Below, piece by piece: positions 62,264 to 64,000 of a DNA stretch of 64,000 bases (positions are counted from its first letter, which is position 1; each line of letters opens with the position of its first letter). The notes under the pieces were generated by a model. The model was not told the DNA's origin and ran no database searches. It saw only the letters and a list, made by a program, of their open reading frames with translations. The position numbers and the translations under genes are program-made. The DNA is from Cytophagaceae bacterium (GTDB lineage: Bacteria; Bacteroidota; Bacteroidia; Cytophagales; JAIYAX01), in assembly GCA_027488815.1 (NCBI GenBank), contig JAIYAX010000012.1:531379-595378 (forward strand), written 5' to 3'.

Positions 62264-63759
62264 CGGGCTACTCCCATCGAAGTGGACAGGTAGCTGTCCT
62301 TTACCAACTCCCAAAGATGCTCATAAGGAATCACCTCATTTTCAGAATAGGCATTGTTGAACGGCTGAGTTAGGTAAAGCTTTTTCAGGCTTCGCTTGGT
62401 TTGCTCCTCCAACTCTGCGGCATCGTGCCCATATTGAGAAAGGCGTGTGAGCAACTGCATAAAACAATTTAATCTCGGCTTGTCTAGATGATTTTTTGCT
62501 CTGAGGAGTAATTTGTTCAGTGCCTGTATGGCATAAGTTGCTCCATCAAGGTCTCGCTTTTTGAGTTTGTGAACGATTTGAAGGATCAGAATGGCCAGAT
62601 TATAGCCCATTTTATCCTTACTGATTTCTACGTTTTCTGTGAAATACTTGGTGTAAAACTGATAGTGGCTGGGCAGTTCTTGAACTAAACTGAGGTAGGC
62701 GGCCATCAAAATCCAGCGCTCACGGGTGAGTTCAGTCATTCTGAGTTCTTTTCTCCAGGGGGCCACGCTGCGAAGCAAATCTGCTGCTTCCAGATAATCT
62801 CCAGAGTACATCGCCATCATAAATTTTTCCTCCAAAATGAGGTACCAGTTAGGAGAGCCTGATACAAAGTGATTTAGTTTTTGATTGATGTAACCAATTC
62901 CCTCTTTGTATCTACCAAGCCTTAGCAATGCCCCGGCCTTATTGATGATCACATCAGTATACCTCATTGAGTTTCTGAAACCTTCAAGGGTTTCGTACTT
63001 CTCCTCCATTTGGTTACAAACTACTAGATTTCTGGAAAAGTTACCTACATAGTAATTGAAGGTAGAGCTAAGGAAGAAGTATGCATTGTTGACAAAAGGA
63101 GTATCAAATTGGTTTTTAATCTCTTCAGCCCTTTTCAGGTTTTTGTAAAAAGTGGCCATATACAACTTTCTGTTTTTTGCAGATTTCAGCGTATTGGCTT
63201 GTGCTTCGTGGGTTATCTTATTTATTTCGTTTTCAGCATTGTGCTGTTCATAAAGAATCTCCAACTTTTTTGAATAAAAATCCACCAAAGCGACTTTGCC
63301 ATTGATGCCACTGTGGCTCCTTAATAGACCATAGGCCTCCATCAGGATATTTGTAAATGAATAGGGTTCTGCATCAGTGACGACCCTTTCAAGCAGGTTA
63401 ACCCCATATTGCCGTTCTCCTTCCCGAATAAATATTTTCGCTTGAAACAGAAGCTTGTTGCAATCATATTCCGCTTTCCACATTTCCGGAAACTGATCTT
63501 TGCGATAATCAAAATGAAAGAATGCACTCAATAGAGCATTGCGCAGGGCTGACCGGACCCGGATGTAAAACTTGTTTTCTGTATCGCTATTAAACAGAGC
63601 CTTAGCAGCTTCTTCTTCGGTCGTAAACGTATTGTTCACAAAACCTTCATACATCTCAATGGCTTTGGGCCCGCCAACTTTGATGCGGATAAGTTCATGA
63701 ACAAGCTGGTGAGTCTCAACCCTCGATGCCACCAACCTTAATAATGGGATAAGATTCAT
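62260..63759 (-). CDS. Cytoplasmic all-helical (TPR-like) hypothetical protein, 499 aa
   Basis: It is a long ORF with no signal peptide or TM helix and with helical-repeat-like composition. I recognised no catalytic motif. G+C appears somewhat lower than in neighbouring genes by eye. Confidence 0.6.
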   Translation of the reverse strand: MNLIPLLRLVASRVETHQLVHELIRIKVGGPKAIEMYEGFVNNTFTTEEEAAKALFNSDTENKFYIRVRSALRNALLSAFFHFDYRKDQFPEMWKAEYDCNKLLFQAKIFIREGERQYGVNLLERVVTDAEPYSFTNILMEAYGLLRSHSGINGKVALVDFYSKKLEILYEQHNAENEINKITHEAQANTLKSAKNRKLYMATFYKNLKRAEEIKNQFDTPFVNNAYFFLSSTFNYYVGNFSRNLVVCNQMEEKYETLEGFRNSMRYTDVIINKAGALLRLGRYKEGIGYINQKLNHFVSGSPNWYLILEEKFMMAMYSGDYLEAADLLRSVAPWRKELRMTELTRERWILMAAYLSLVQELPSHYQFYTKYFTENVEISKDKMGYNLAILILQIVHKLKKRDLDGATYAIQALNKLLLRAKNHLDKPRLNCFMQLLTRLSQYGHDAAELEEQTKRSLKKLYLTQPFNNAYSENEVIPYEHLWELVKDSYLSTSMGVAR

Positions 63760-64000
63760 ACTCTTGCAAGCTTAACAGAGGTCTAATTGTCCTCATTCTT
63801 CCATTCCAAATATAGAAATAAGATTGACTGACTTTAAGGTAAGAATTTAACAAGAAGGAATTACACAAGTGATTGCTGCTAAGTAGAACATTGATCAGTT
63901 TAGCAGAATAAGTTGTAAATATTTGATATACAACACTATAAATCTAATTTCTGATCATTTGCAACTGTCACGTCAGGCAATCAAATCCCAAAAAGAATTT

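Noticed and set aside
1-64000. CRISPR arrays, IS elements/transposases, prophage genes, toxin-antitoxin pairs, restriction-modification genes or other defence genes
   Set aside because: I found no spaced direct-repeat arrays and no ORFs with transposase, integrase, nuclease-ATPase defence or phage structural signatures in the six-frame track. A by-eye scan cannot exclude short or degenerate repeats, so a repeat finder should confirm this.

Overview
Reading by eye only (no searches run), this window looks like a contiguous, gene-dense chromosomal segment of a Bacteroidota genome (Cytophagia/Saprospiria/Sphingobacteriia-like). Support for that placement: four proteins end in Por/T9SS C-terminal sorting domains, start codons lack Shine-Dalgarno sequences, and several intergenic regions carry the Bacteroidetes TAnnTTTG -7 promoter box. 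I call 54 protein-coding genes, one tmRNA (ssrA), six hairpin terminators and a few candidate promoter/operator sites. The content is mostly housekeeping: clpC, dnaX, tgt, rsgA, rsmG, ispE, pyrR-pyrB, tsaC, arfB, LPS core/transport genes (waaA, two GT9 genes, an LptF/G permease) and oxidative-stress genes (msrB, bcp, Fur/PerR-like regulator, ahpC). I saw no rRNA, tRNA, CRISPR array, transposase, integrase, phage gene or classical defence island, so I cannot honestly claim a clear-cut new multi-gene system. The observations most worth follow-up are: (1) a tightly coupled alpha-2-macroglobulin / patatin-plus-beta-barrel / PBP1C tricistron at 24.4-34.6 kb, in which a lipase-barrel gene sits inside the classical A2M-PbpC pair; (2) an in-frame A_AAA_AAG heptamer in dnaX with a -1 frame stop five codons later, which would give a gamma-like product of 372 aa; (3) a strongly AT-rich mosaic core inside a roughly 13-14-blade beta-propeller T9SS cargo gene; (4) a Fur-box-like inverted repeat next to a -7 box upstream of the Fur/PerR-like regulator-ahpC pair; (5) several uncharacterised secreted, lipoprotein or helical-repeat ORFs. 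All product calls rest on motif recognition from memory and need confirmation by HMM/BLAST.
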